NCBI GenBank assembly: GCA_017857705.1
Contig: JAFMCP010000001.1
Location: forward strand, 19,773 to 83,772
Direction of reading: 5' to 3'
Source: Candidatus Nanopelagicales bacterium
Lineage (GTDB): Bacteria; Actinomycetota; Actinomycetes; S36-B12
Length of the DNA stretch: 64,000 nucleotides
In this document: piece by piece, positions 30,823 to 40,664 of the stretch
Layout: every line of letters begins with the position of its first letter
How positions within the stretch are numbered: the stretch's first letter is position 1
Translations under genes and position numbers: made by a program
Notes under the pieces: model-generated
The model's database searches: none
The model's input: only the letters and a program-made list of their open reading frames with translations
Told to the model about the DNA's origin: nothing

Positions 30823-31188
30823 TTAGTCTAGATCAGAAGTGCTTAACTTGCTGTGATCCAGTGCGGTGATGGCACTCACAACAACACTCACCTCGCGCTC
30901 AGTACGCAATAATTGAGCTCCAATCTCGCTGAGAGCCTCAAGCAGGACTGAAGGATTGGCTGAGCCCGAACTCATACGCGCTGTGGCGTACAGACGACGC
31001 ATCAGGTCAATATCACTTCGAACACGTTCTTGAAGTACCCACGCTAGGGCAACTGGCTCGTTTCTTATCTTTGTATCACGAAACTCACCCGGCAGACGGT
31101 CCAATAACCAACGGGAGACCTGACCAGCAAACTCGGGGCTGAAAGAAGACACCAGATCTACTGGCCATCCGACTGGCGCATTGGTCAC
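30823..31188 (-). CDS. Hypothetical protein (121 aa) between acn and dxs
   Basis: I recognise no family. Its GTG start overlaps the acn TGA stop (GTGA), and its stop lies 4 nt before the dxs start, so it is embedded in an apparent acn-orf-dxs operon. Confidence 0.5.
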   Translation of the reverse strand: MTNAPVGWPVDLVSSFSPEFAGQVSRWLLDRLPGEFRDTKIRNEPVALAWVLQERVRSDIDLMRRLYATARMSSGSANPSVLLEALSEIGAQLLRTEREVSVVVSAITALDHSKLSTSDLD

Positions 31189-33842
31189 AACAGTGAACGA
31201 AGGACGTACTGCAGGATTCCGCCATTTCGATAATAGTCTGCTTCACCTGGGGTGTCGATCCGCAGAATCGCTGGAAATTCAATAATGCTGCCTTGTGATG
31301 TTGTGGCACTCACCATCAATTGCTTCGGTATCACGCCGCTGTTGAGTTCGGTAACACCCGCGATAGCAAATTCCTCACTGCCCGTTAACCCAAGGGTATG
31401 GGCACTCTCGCCATCAACGAATTGCAGTGGTAACACGCCCATACCAATCAAATTGGATCGGTGAATTCGTTCATACGACTCCGCTATGACCGCCCGGACA
31501 CCGAGAAGAGCTGTTCCCTTCGCGGCCCAGTCACGACTGGAACCTGAACCGTATTCTTTGCCAGCCAAAATGATCAAAGGGATATTCTCGTTTTTGTAAT
31601 TCATTGCTGCGTCATAGATCGTTGATACGGGCCCACTGGGATCGGTGTAATCAATTGTGACGCCGCCTTCAGTTCCCGGGGCAATCAGGTTCTTGAGTCG
31701 AATATTGGCGAAGGTCCCCCGAATCATTACCTCATGATTACCGCGACGTGATCCGTAAGAGTTAAAATCCTTACGTTCGATTCCATGTTCGCTTAAATAA
31801 GTTCCAGCCGGAGAATCAGCCTTTATTGACCCTGCCGGTGAAATATGATCGGTTGTAACGGAGTCACCCAACCAGGCGAGAACCCGCGCCCCACTGATAT
31901 CGGACACAGGTGACGGTTCGCGTTTCATTCCTTCAAAATAGGGAGGACGTCGAACGTAGGTGCTTTGTGAATCCCATTGAAAGATGCTGCCGGTTGGAGT
32001 CGGGAGCGATCTCCACGCTTCATCACCGGCGAAAACATCGCGGTACCGCTCGATATACATTTGTGAATCAATTGAATCGGCAATCACCTGCTCAATTTCG
32101 GTCGACGATGGCCAGATATCCGCCAGAAAGACTGGTGTTCCGTCTTCGTCATAACCAAGAGGGTCGTTGTCTAGATCGATATCCATCGTTCCGGCAATTG
32201 CGTACGCCACAACGAGCGGCGGTGATGCCAAGTAGTTCATTTTGATCTCCGGGTTGATTCGACCCTCGAAATTCCTGTTTCCACTCAACACCGAACTGAC
32301 GACGAGGTCATGTGAACTAATTGCCGCGGATAGTGCCGGAATTAATGGACCCGAGTTTCCAATACATGTTGTACACCCATACCCAACAACATTGAAACCC
32401 AGTTTTTCCAAATATGGCAGCAGACCAGACTTTTCGTAATAATCCGTCACTACCTTTGACCCTGGCGCCAAGGTTGTTTTAACCCATGGCTTACGCGTGA
32501 GGCCACGTTCGACCGCCCGTTTTGCCAGTAGCCCCGCACCTAGCATCACGGACGGATTGGAAGTGTTCGTGCATGAAGTGATAGCGGCAACACCCACGGC
32601 GCCATGCCCAATTTCTACGGATTCACCTGCTATTTCGATCCGAACCTTGTCTTCCGGCGTTTCCGTGAAATCCCCAAGTGCTTTTCTAAACATTGGTTTC
32701 GACTGCGCCAGAATAACCCGATCCTGTGGCCGCTTTGGTCCAGCCAAACTGGGCACCACGGTGCTCATATCTAACTCAATAGAATCCGAATAGGTCGCAT
32801 GCGCAGAAGTGTCATGCCACAGGCCCTGTCGCTGGGCATAAGCTTTTACGAGTTCAATTGACTCGGGGGTACGTCCCGTCAAGGCGAGGTAATTCAATGT
32901 GACTTGGTCAATGGGGAAGATGGCCACGGTGCTGCCGTATTCGGGACTCATATTTCCAATAGTTGCGCGATTAGCAAGTGGGACTGAGCCAATACCGTCC
33001 CCATAGAATTCGACGAACTTTCCAACGACACCACGCTCACGCAGCATTTCCGTAATGGTGAGGACCAAGTCTGTGGCCGTCGCACCGGGAGGTAGTTCCC
33101 CGGTGAGCTTGAAACCAAGAACCCGAGGTATGAGCATCGAGACGGACTGACCCAGCATCGCCGCCTCGGCTTCGATTCCGCCAACACCCCAGCCAAGTAC
33201 ACCAAGACCATTCACCATCGTGGTGTGCGAGTCGGTTCCCACGACCGTGTCGGGGTATGCCTGTCCCCCGCGCGCCATAATCACGCGCGCCAAATTTTCA
33301 ATATTTACTTGATGCACAATTCCGGTGCCGGGAGGAACTACCTTGAATTCGTCAAATGCACTTTGTCCCCAGCGTAAAAACTGGTAACGCTCCTTATTGC
33401 GTTGGTACTCAAGATCCACATTTCGGTCCGCAGCATCGGGGGTACCGAAGAAATCCGCGATCACGGAATGGTCAATGACCAATTCAACTGGATTAAGCGG
33501 CTCGATCTTGTCGGGGTTTCCACCAAGTTCAATAACTGCCTCGCGCATTGTGGCCAGGTCAACGACTACCGGAACTCCGGTAAAGTCCTGTAAGACCACC
33601 CGCGAGGGCGTGAATTGAATCTCCTCTGTGGGCTCTGCCGTAGCATCCCAATTGCCCAAGGCTCGAATAGTCTCAGCCGTGACGTTGACACCGTCTTCGG
33701 TTCGTAACAGATTCTCGAGCAAAATCTTGTGGGTAAACGGCAAATTCTTACTGCCAGGCACTGCGTCGATAGCGAAAATTTCGAATTCCTCACCACCAAC
33801 AGTGAGGGTTTCCTTTGCGGAGAACGAATTCAAACTAGTCAC
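31185..33842 (-). CDS. acnA: Aconitate hydratase A
   Basis: 885-aa ORF with the aconitase Fe-S ligand contexts ([29 protein letters not shown]). It starts at a GTG with a GGGAGG Shine-Dalgarno sequence 5 nt upstream. Confidence 0.95.
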   Translation of the reverse strand: MTSLNSFSAKETLTVGGEEFEIFAIDAVPGSKNLPFTHKILLENLLRTEDGVNVTAETIRALGNWDATAEPTEEIQFTPSRVVLQDFTGVPVVVDLATMREAVIELGGNPDKIEPLNPVELVIDHSVIADFFGTPDAADRNVDLEYQRNKERYQFLRWGQSAFDEFKVVPPGTGIVHQVNIENLARVIMARGGQAYPDTVVGTDSHTTMVNGLGVLGWGVGGIEAEAAMLGQSVSMLIPRVLGFKLTGELPPGATATDLVLTITEMLRERGVVGKFVEFYGDGIGSVPLANRATIGNMSPEYGSTVAIFPIDQVTLNYLALTGRTPESIELVKAYAQRQGLWHDTSAHATYSDSIELDMSTVVPSLAGPKRPQDRVILAQSKPMFRKALGDFTETPEDKVRIEIAGESVEIGHGAVGVAAITSCTNTSNPSVMLGAGLLAKRAVERGLTRKPWVKTTLAPGSKVVTDYYEKSGLLPYLEKLGFNVVGYGCTTCIGNSGPLIPALSAAISSHDLVVSSVLSGNRNFEGRINPEIKMNYLASPPLVVAYAIAGTMDIDLDNDPLGYDEDGTPVFLADIWPSSTEIEQVIADSIDSQMYIERYRDVFAGDEAWRSLPTPTGSIFQWDSQSTYVRRPPYFEGMKREPSPVSDISGARVLAWLGDSVTTDHISPAGSIKADSPAGTYLSEHGIERKDFNSYGSRRGNHEVMIRGTFANIRLKNLIAPGTEGGVTIDYTDPSGPVSTIYDAAMNYKNENIPLIILAGKEYGSGSSRDWAAKGTALLGVRAVIAESYERIHRSNLIGMGVLPLQFVDGESAHTLGLTGSEEFAIAGVTELNSGVIPKQLMVSATTSQGSIIEFPAILRIDTPGEADYYRNGGILQYVLRSLL

Positions 33843-33882
33843 AAGACCTCCCGGCTTAGATTTCTTGACGCCAAGGTATCAC

Positions 33883-33906
33883 AAGTATCTTGACGTCAAG
33901 ATACTT
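33883..33906. promoter_or_regulatory. 24-bp perfect palindrome AAGTATCTTGACGTCAAGATACTT upstream of acn (candidate operator or RNA hairpin)
   Basis: Verified base by base around the centre at 33894/33895. A degenerate copy TCTTGACGCCAAGG lies at 33863..33876, 25 bp closer to acn. The palindrome overlaps the stop codon of the upstream methyltransferase gene. Confidence 0.5.
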
Positions 33907-35131
33907 TAGTGCTCTTAAACACAGCCAATGATTCAAAGTGATGCGTCATCGGGAAGGCATCCCAAGCGCTCACACTTCTCAACGCATATTCGCCACTCGC
34001 GCATAAGACCTTGGCGTCTCTTGCCAAAGCAACGGGATCACACGCCAGATACAAGATCCACTCTGGTGCGATTCCCAGTAACATTTCACACACTGAAATT
34101 CCAGCGCCCGAACGAGGCGGGTCAAGGAAAACCCCATCGGGTGTATTCCCTTCCTCACGAACTCTATCCACGAAGGATTCGACACTACTGTTGATCACAC
34201 GTACTGGCGCTTGATGCGATTTTGTCGTTACCACAAAGCGCTCACGTGCAAGTTGAGAAGCGTTCCTGTTTCCCTCCACGCTGGTAACTGCTCCGGTCTC
34301 GCCCACTGCATCGGCAAGTAGTTGAGTAAAGACACCCGAACCGGCGTACAAATCCCACCACGTAGCTCCCAATGAAACGGTCCCTGAGTCTTGGATGGCC
34401 CGAGCCACTTCAGGCAACAGCGCTGCATTGGACTGCCAAAAATCACGTGGGTTGCTTTCCCATTCACTGCCGGCAAACTCTCTTTTCACCGAATGCGGTC
34501 CGGCCACGTGACCTGAGGGTCCTATAACACTGACTCCCTCAATCCCTTGCGCAAAGGTGTACTCCCCTGATGGAAGTCCCCCAAGTTGTTCCAATGCAAC
34601 GAGTTGATTCTTGATTTCGGGTGTGATGGTTGCGCAGTCGGGCGTGCTAACCATTAAGTTGCTGCGATAATGATGCATTTTCCAGTCGCCATTCCACTCA
34701 AAACGTGCGCGTTCGCGCCAACCCAACCCGGATGAATCACCCAATGCGCGGACTCCGGCCCCAATAATTTGGTCTACTTCAGGTTCGGGAAGAGAAGCGA
34801 AACGTTGTAATGAATCCTTGAGCACTGTGGTTTTGAGGGAGCGTTGATGCTCTGGAACGATAAATTGGAAATCGCAACCGCCACAAAATTGGCTAGCCTC
34901 ACAGTTGGGAGCCACGCGAAAATCGGATGCCCTCAAAATTTCTTGTGCCACACCGAAATAAACCTTTTGCCTCTTGTGTGTGATCTCAATAATTGCCTCC
35001 TCGCCCGTTAAGGCGCCCCGAACAAAAACAACACAACCTTCAACGTGAGTCACAAAGTGGCCACCATGGGCAATATTGCCGACTAGGGCCGTATATCTCT
35101 TCCCTATCTCCAGTGCGCCTTTAGAAGTCAT
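33896..35131 (-). CDS. Class I SAM-dependent RNA (uracil-5-)-methyltransferase, TrmA/RlmD family with TRAM domain
   Basis: The N-terminal TRAM-like region begins at MTSKGALEIGKRY (ATG at 35131, just after the permease stop). The Cys cluster CGGCDFQ, the SAM motif DLYAGSGVF and the C-terminal catalytic YLACDP are present. Confidence 0.8.
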   Translation of the reverse strand: MTSKGALEIGKRYTALVGNIAHGGHFVTHVEGCVVFVRGALTGEEAIIEITHKRQKVYFGVAQEILRASDFRVAPNCEASQFCGGCDFQFIVPEHQRSLKTTVLKDSLQRFASLPEPEVDQIIGAGVRALGDSSGLGWRERARFEWNGDWKMHHYRSNLMVSTPDCATITPEIKNQLVALEQLGGLPSGEYTFAQGIEGVSVIGPSGHVAGPHSVKREFAGSEWESNPRDFWQSNAALLPEVARAIQDSGTVSLGATWWDLYAGSGVFTQLLADAVGETGAVTSVEGNRNASQLARERFVVTTKSHQAPVRVINSSVESFVDRVREEGNTPDGVFLDPPRSGAGISVCEMLLGIAPEWILYLACDPVALARDAKVLCASGEYALRSVSAWDAFPMTHHFESLAVFKSTKVS

Positions 35132-37097
35132 TTTCAAGACTATGCTCACTTGATTCCAATTGCCATGGGACACTTATGACCATTACAGAGTTCGAGAACA
35201 GCAAGCGGCTTTTTAGCCTCAATGCCGACTGATTGTGCAAGACCTGTTCCCACCAGTGTCCGACCACATATTGGGGGACGAATACTGCGATCAAGTCATT
35301 CGGGGATTCGGAGCGGATTTCTTTTACATAGTCAATTATTGGACTTGTTATCTCTCGATACGGGGAATCAAGAATGCGGAGTGTCACCGGGATATCCCTG
35401 CGAACCCAGTCCTGCTGAAGCCGCTCCGTATCCGAATCATCCACATTCGCGGTGACCGCCTCAATTACCGTTGGGCGACTGGCGCGCGCGTAAGCGATCG
35501 CGCGCAATGTCGGCTTGTCAATCTTCGAAACTAACACGAGGGCATGGACGCGCGCAGGCAACATCACGTGATCTGTTTCGAGGGTGGAAAGCTCCCTTCG
35601 AACCTTGTCGTAATGTCTATGAATCCGTAGCATGACATAAAAAATAATGGGCAAAGCGACGATCACAATCCAGGCACCGTTGATAAATTTGGTAACCACA
35701 ACAATCACTAAAACCGTTCCGGTCATAGCGAAACCTATGGTATTTACTACTCGCGAACGAATAAAACGTTGACGCTCCCTGTGATTAGTCTCTGACTTGA
35801 GCAACTTGCCCCAGTGACGAATCATGCTGAACTGGCTGAGGGTAAATGCGATAAAAACACCAATAATGTACAACTGAATTAGTTTTGTGACGTCTGCCTG
35901 AAACCCTATAATCAGAAGTATCGCCATGCCAGCCAGCACAAAAATCCCGTTACTGAAGGCAAGTCGGTCACCCCGCGTGTGCAGTTGACGAGGAAGGTAG
36001 CCGTCACGCGCCAAGATTGAACCCATTACGGGAAATCCATTAAATGCCGTGTTCGCCGCTAATGCCAGGATCAGAGCGGTTGCGAGCGATATGAATAAAA
36101 CAGCCCAACCCGCATTATCGAAAACGGCTGCTGCCACCTGGATAATCACCGTTTTCTGCGTTTCTCCTAATGGGAGCCCAATCAAGTCTGCGTCAGATTG
36201 AGCTACTTTCACACCCGTTTTCATGGCCAACCATGTAATACCGCTGAACATCAGCATGCTGATAACCCCCAGTAACAGGAGCGTGGTCGCAGCATTTTTT
36301 GATTTTGGCTCTTTAAAAGCCGGTACACCGTTGGCAACTGCCTCAATGCCCGTCAGCGCTGTAGTTCCAGAACTGAAAGATCTCGCAAGCAAAAATATTA
36401 GTGCAAAGCCAGTTAGTGTTCCCTCCTGCGAAATTTCCCAGCTGGAACTCTCCGCCAGCATAGGTTGGCCTGTAATCGCCTTAAAAATTGCGACGCCGAT
36501 CATTATGAATATTGAGCCGATGAAAATGTAAGTGGGCATAGCGAACATACCGCCCGATTCCTTAACTCCCCGCAAATTAAGGAGCGTAATAATAATGACC
36601 GCCCCAACGGCAAACCAAACATTGTGCTGCTCCACGAAACCAATCGTGGAGCCTAAATTTGCTATCGCCGCTGAAACCGAGACTGCCACTGTGAGCACGT
36701 AGTCGATCAGAAGCGCGCTTGCAACAAATACGCCCCAACGTGGGCCTAAATTGGCTGAAACAACGTCGTAGTCTCCCCCACCGTTGGGATAGGCGCGCAC
36801 ATTCTGTCGGTATGAGGCGATAACGATGAAGTACACCAAAACAACACAAGCAGCAATCCATGGTCCAAATGCAAATAATGAAGCTCCGCCAAGTGAGAGA
36901 ACAAGCAGGATTTCTTGGGTCGCATACGCGTTCGATGAGAGGGCATCACTGGCAAAAACCGGCAAAGCGATTCGCTTGGGAAGCAAGGTTTCCGAGAGAC
37001 GATCGCTACGGAGGGCCCTGCCCAAAACCGCTCTCTTCAATCCATCTGCGATCGACACGATCCCCAAGCGTAGACCCGTCTCATATTGGTGGACCAA
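35121..37097 (-). CDS. APC-superfamily permease with a long cytoplasmic C-terminal domain
   Basis: 658-aa ORF with ~12 TM segments followed by a ~200-aa soluble tail. It is divergent from the trkA pair, as I recall for mycobacteria. The true start is possibly the GTG at 37058. Confidence 0.8.
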   Translation of the reverse strand: MVHQYETGLRLGIVSIADGLKRAVLGRALRSDRLSETLLPKRIALPVFASDALSSNAYATQEILLVLSLGGASLFAFGPWIAACVVLVYFIVIASYRQNVRAYPNGGGDYDVVSANLGPRWGVFVASALLIDYVLTVAVSVSAAIANLGSTIGFVEQHNVWFAVGAVIIITLLNLRGVKESGGMFAMPTYIFIGSIFIMIGVAIFKAITGQPMLAESSSWEISQEGTLTGFALIFLLARSFSSGTTALTGIEAVANGVPAFKEPKSKNAATTLLLLGVISMLMFSGITWLAMKTGVKVAQSDADLIGLPLGETQKTVIIQVAAAVFDNAGWAVLFISLATALILALAANTAFNGFPVMGSILARDGYLPRQLHTRGDRLAFSNGIFVLAGMAILLIIGFQADVTKLIQLYIIGVFIAFTLSQFSMIRHWGKLLKSETNHRERQRFIRSRVVNTIGFAMTGTVLVIVVVTKFINGAWIVIVALPIIFYVMLRIHRHYDKVRRELSTLETDHVMLPARVHALVLVSKIDKPTLRAIAYARASRPTVIEAVTANVDDSDTERLQQDWVRRDIPVTLRILDSPYREITSPIIDYVKEIRSESPNDLIAVFVPQYVVGHWWEQVLHNQSALRLKSRLLFSNSVMVISVPWQLESSEHSLENDF

Positions 37098-37120
37098 GTG
37101 CCAGCACAGGCGTGTAGCGT

Positions 37121-37792
37121 ATGAACGTGCATATTGTGATTCTGGGTTGCGGCCGAGTTGGTTCCCTTCTGGCCACTTGGTTGGATGAGCAAGGCCATTC
37201 CGTCGCGATCATTGACCAAGAGGCGGCGGCATTTCGTAAGTTAAGCGGAAATTTTGCGGGAGTCACCGTCAAGGGAGTTGGCTTTGACCGCGAGACTTTG
37301 GAGTCTGCGGGCATTAACCGAGCAAACGCATTTGCGGCTGTGAGTAGTGGCGACAATACCAATATTCTAGGCGCTAGGGTCGCTCGGGAAACATATGGCG
37401 TAGAGCACGTTATTGCACGTATTTACGATCCAAAAAGGGCCGCCGTTTACCAACGCCTAGGCATTCCGACGGTGGCAACCGTCTCCTGGACAGCAACTCA
37501 AATCATGAAAGCGGTAATGCCCACAGGAGCCACGGAAGAATTCACCGACCCCACAGGGACCATGACTTTGGCCGAAATGCCCCTGCATGAACGGTGGCTC
37601 GGGCGCAACGCCAGCGAACTCGAAGAAACAACAGGTGCTCGCATTGCATTTGTTACCCGGTATGGCGCGACTGTACTTCCCAATTCAAGTCTGGTAATCC
37701 AACAAGATGACGCCGTTCACTTGCTTTTTCCACCTACAGAACGCGAACGAATTGAAGACATTGCGCTCTTCGGGGAGACGGGTAATTCATGA
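37121..37792 (+). CDS. trkA: TrkA-family potassium-uptake protein (RCK domains), first of pair
   Basis: 223-aa ORF with the Rossmann motif VILGCGRVGSLL (TrkA-N) plus a TrkA-C domain. Confidence 0.85.
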   Translation: MNVHIVILGCGRVGSLLATWLDEQGHSVAIIDQEAAAFRKLSGNFAGVTVKGVGFDRETLESAGINRANAFAAVSSGDNTNILGARVARETYGVEHVIARIYDPKRAAVYQRLGIPTVATVSWTATQIMKAVMPTGATEEFTDPTGTMTLAEMPLHERWLGRNASELEETTGARIAFVTRYGATVLPNSSLVIQQDDAVHLLFPPTERERIEDIALFGETGNS

Positions 37793-38448
37793 GGGTTGCA
37801 ATTGCAGGTGCGGGAAAAGTAGGGCGTGCAATCGCTCGAGAACTCATTCAAAACGGTCATCAAATCCTTATCCTTGACCGGGACGCGGCATTGGCCCGGC
37901 CAGGAGTGGTTGAGGGCGCCGAGGTCCTTATGGCTGACGCATGCGAGGTAAGCGCACTGGAGGAAGCCCGTCTTTTCGAGTGTGATGTGGTCGTGGCTGC
38001 TACAGGTGATGACAAAGCAAATTTGGTGGTTTCACTTTTGGCCAAAACGGAATTCGGAGTTCCTCGCGTAGTTGCTCGAGTCAATCACCCGAAGAATGAG
38101 TGGATGTTTGATTCAACTTGGGGTGTTGACGTAGCAGTTTCCACTCCACGAATGCTGTCGGCTCTCGTTGAGGAGGCCGTTTCAGTGGGCGACTTAGTTC
38201 GCCTTTTCTCATTTCGGCAAGGAGAGGCAGATCTTCTTGAAATCACCTTGGCATCGGACTCTCCCGTTGCTGGTCAAAGAGTTGGGGCTCAAAATTGGCC
38301 GGAGGACACTGCTCTCGTGGCAATCGTTCGGGGTGATCGAGTAATAGCACCGACCGCTGATGATCCATTAGAGGTCGGAGATGAACTAATTTTCGTGGCT
38401 TCCCCTCGACAGGAATCCGCATTGCAGCAGATGCTGGGTCATTCCTGA
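37789..38448 (+). CDS. trkA: TrkA-family potassium-uptake protein (RCK domains), second of pair
   Basis: 219-aa ORF with IAGAGKVGRAIA (TrkA-N) plus a TrkA-C domain. It overlaps the first trkA gene by 4 nt. Confidence 0.85.
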   Translation: MRVAIAGAGKVGRAIARELIQNGHQILILDRDAALARPGVVEGAEVLMADACEVSALEEARLFECDVVVAATGDDKANLVVSLLAKTEFGVPRVVARVNHPKNEWMFDSTWGVDVAVSTPRMLSALVEEAVSVGDLVRLFSFRQGEADLLEITLASDSPVAGQRVGAQNWPEDTALVAIVRGDRVIAPTADDPLEVGDELIFVASPRQESALQQMLGHS

Positions 38449-39152
38449 GGTTTTGCCGCTTCCAATTTATTGTAGATCGGTTGCAATAATCGATATGTGA
38501 AGTAGGCGGCGGCCAAAAATAACGGCCAGCCCATAACAACTTTCAGGACTCCGAGTGCGCCGATTGCACCAGCCAGGAACATGGGAAGTTGTACCGATAA
38601 TCGCAAGAAGAACATGCCAACCCAGATCCAGGTTGCGGCGGCAGCAGCGCGACTGAATTCGGGAACGGTTCGCCATTTCATGCCTGTTCCGCTGAAGAAG
38701 CCAAGAAAAACTCCCAAAAGAGGCCAGCGCACCAAAATAGAAATGAGAAAAACCGTGCCATAGGCAGCATTTGTCAGCAAGCCCGGAAGAAAGAAGTTTT
38801 CGGCTTTCCCAGTCCACGCGGAAAAACCAGCAGCAATACCCACGCCAACCAGTCCTGCTGCAACTTGCTGGAGGGAGTCTTTGCGAATCATGCGATAGAC
38901 GGCAATTACAACACCAACGGTCAAGGCGGCCCAAAGGGCAATCTGCAAGTTGTCTGGTTGAATCAGATAGACAATTACGAAAACGAGTGTCGGTGCACCA
39001 CTGTCAAATAGGCCCCGCCACCCACCAATTGCCTTATCAAGCATGATGCGCTCGACACGAATGTCTTCAACGGTCAAGTGTTCAATGCCAGGATGCGTGC
39101 CAGAATGAATATCTGGCTCTGAATCAGGCTCTAGTTGCTCGTCATTACTCAT
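38439..39152 (-). CDS. DUF3159 domain-containing membrane protein
   Basis: 237-aa ORF with multiple TM helices. It is the last gene of the dut-DUF3710-OB-DUF3159 string conserved in Actinobacteria (from recollection). Confidence 0.6.
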   Translation of the reverse strand: MSNDEQLEPDSEPDIHSGTHPGIEHLTVEDIRVERIMLDKAIGGWRGLFDSGAPTLVFVIVYLIQPDNLQIALWAALTVGVVIAVYRMIRKDSLQQVAAGLVGVGIAAGFSAWTGKAENFFLPGLLTNAAYGTVFLISILVRWPLLGVFLGFFSGTGMKWRTVPEFSRAAAAATWIWVGMFFLRLSVQLPMFLAGAIGALGVLKVVMGWPLFLAAAYFTYRLLQPIYNKLEAAKPQE

Positions 39153-39523
39153 CTGGACAGGGGTCTCAATTCATATCGAGGATTGAAAATAATCGGGCGA
39201 TCGGTATTGCATGTCAAACGTCCACATACCTTCACTGTTCGTCCTGCAACAATTCCCGGAATCGTTCGACGCCCCATCCAAACTACCGTTACAACACCCG
39301 ATCCGTCATAGAGTTCAATCTCGAGTGAGGGTGACTTGAGGGATGGTTGAACGCTGACACTACGAATGCTCCCGACGACCTCGACCTGGGAGCCAGGTTG
39401 GCATTGCCCAATCGGCTGTGTTTCAACCTCAGCTAGTGCCCCAAATTGGTCTTGTAGCTCCCGTGACTCAAGTTCAGCCGTTGAAGCAGTGAACTTTCGG
39501 TACGCCCGGCTTATCGCATTCAT
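39149..39523 (-). CDS. OB-fold domain-containing protein
   Basis: 124-aa ORF with a beta-rich OB-like core (VEVVGSIRSVSVQP...IELYDGSGVVTVVWMGRR...VKVCGRL). It overlaps the downstream gene by 4 nt. Confidence 0.6.
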   Translation of the reverse strand: MNAISRAYRKFTASTAELESRELQDQFGALAEVETQPIGQCQPGSQVEVVGSIRSVSVQPSLKSPSLEIELYDGSGVVTVVWMGRRTIPGIVAGRTVKVCGRLTCNTDRPIIFNPRYELRPLSR

Positions 39524-39528
39524 GTAAA

Positions 39529-40170
39529 TCAGCGGGTCTCTGTAATCTCAGGACCACGTACAAATGGGTTGAGGTTGGGGGAACTCACGGGTGATGCTTG
39601 ATCGGTAGCGGTATTCGGGGGCAAATTCATAACCAATGGCGCACCCGGTGCCATGGCTGAACCGCCACGCACAACAAAAGCACTCGAGAAAATTTCAGTG
39701 AGTCGAATGGCCGCCTGGCTGTCCCGAGCTGCCTTACCCATGAACACGGCTCGTAAAAACCACCGTGGGCCATCAACTCCTACGAATCGAGCGGGTTGTA
39801 AGGAACCACTTTGACCGGATGACTGAATTTGAGCAACTACCTCTGTGCCAAATTCTCCCTGAGCGGTTTCCACCAATCCGCCTGAGGCATTTATGGATGA
39901 CTTCAGTGAGTCAATAACTTCGGGCCACATGCCGCCAGATTTACGAGATGCGTATGGTTGAAGTTGCATGCCGCTCTCACCATCACGCAGTGTCAATTGC
40001 GTAATTCGGCCTGAGGTCTGATCAGCTTGAACCTGCACCTCGACGCCTTGCGGAACTTGAAGCCGCAACGCCCCAAAATTTATGGCTCGCCCGGAATCGA
40101 GATCCTCACTAGGAGCATCCGAATCAGTTTCATCCCATGGGCCACCATCAATGCCTCTGCGGTACGTCAT
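39529..40170 (-). CDS. DUF3710 domain-containing protein
   Basis: 213-aa ORF with GPWDETD near the N-terminus, INFGALRLQVP and DGPRWFLRAVF, as I recall for DUF3710. Confidence 0.6.
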   Translation of the reverse strand: MTYRRGIDGGPWDETDSDAPSEDLDSGRAINFGALRLQVPQGVEVQVQADQTSGRITQLTLRDGESGMQLQPYASRKSGGMWPEVIDSLKSSINASGGLVETAQGEFGTEVVAQIQSSGQSGSLQPARFVGVDGPRWFLRAVFMGKAARDSQAAIRLTEIFSSAFVVRGGSAMAPGAPLVMNLPPNTATDQASPVSSPNLNPFVRGPEITETR

Positions 40171-40202
40171 GTATCTATCCTCTCAGGGTGAACGTCAGAT
40201 CA

Positions 40203-40664
40203 CTACCCCTGTGTCGGTCTGTGCTGAAATCCTCCACTTGAACCGAATCCCTGCTCACTTCTCACCGCTCCTGGCAACTCGCCAACCTCAATTAGCCTGA
40301 AAACGGGCAATTGTTGAATGACAAGTTGGGCGATTCGATCGCCACGTCCGATTTGAACTGTCGTGTCTTTATCTGAGTTGAGGCCGATTACAGAAATCTC
40401 GCCGCGAAATCCTGCATCGATGGTGCCGGGTGCATTGACTAGTGTGAATCCAGTTCTCAAGGCCAGTCCACTACGCGGATTGATGAGACCAACTAAACCG
40501 GGTGGCAGGGCAATCGAGATGCCAGTAGGAATAAGCAATCTTTGTCCCGGCGCTAACTCCACATCAAAACGTGCCCGCAGGTCGAGTCCAGCGTCACCTG
40601 GATATTCACATTGTGGGAGCGGCAAATCAGGATCGAGACGCTGAATTAATACTTCGCGCATCAT
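40203..40664 (-). CDS. dut: dUTP diphosphatase
   Basis: 153-aa ORF with the dUTPase motifs GDAGLDL, NPRSGLA, GTIDAGFRGE and the C-terminal GFGSSG. Confidence 0.92.
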   Translation of the reverse strand: MMREVLIQRLDPDLPLPQCEYPGDAGLDLRARFDVELAPGQRLLIPTGISIALPPGLVGLINPRSGLALRTGFTLVNAPGTIDAGFRGEISVIGLNSDKDTTVQIGRGDRIAQLVIQQLPVFRLIEVGELPGAVRSEQGFGSSGGFQHRPTQG

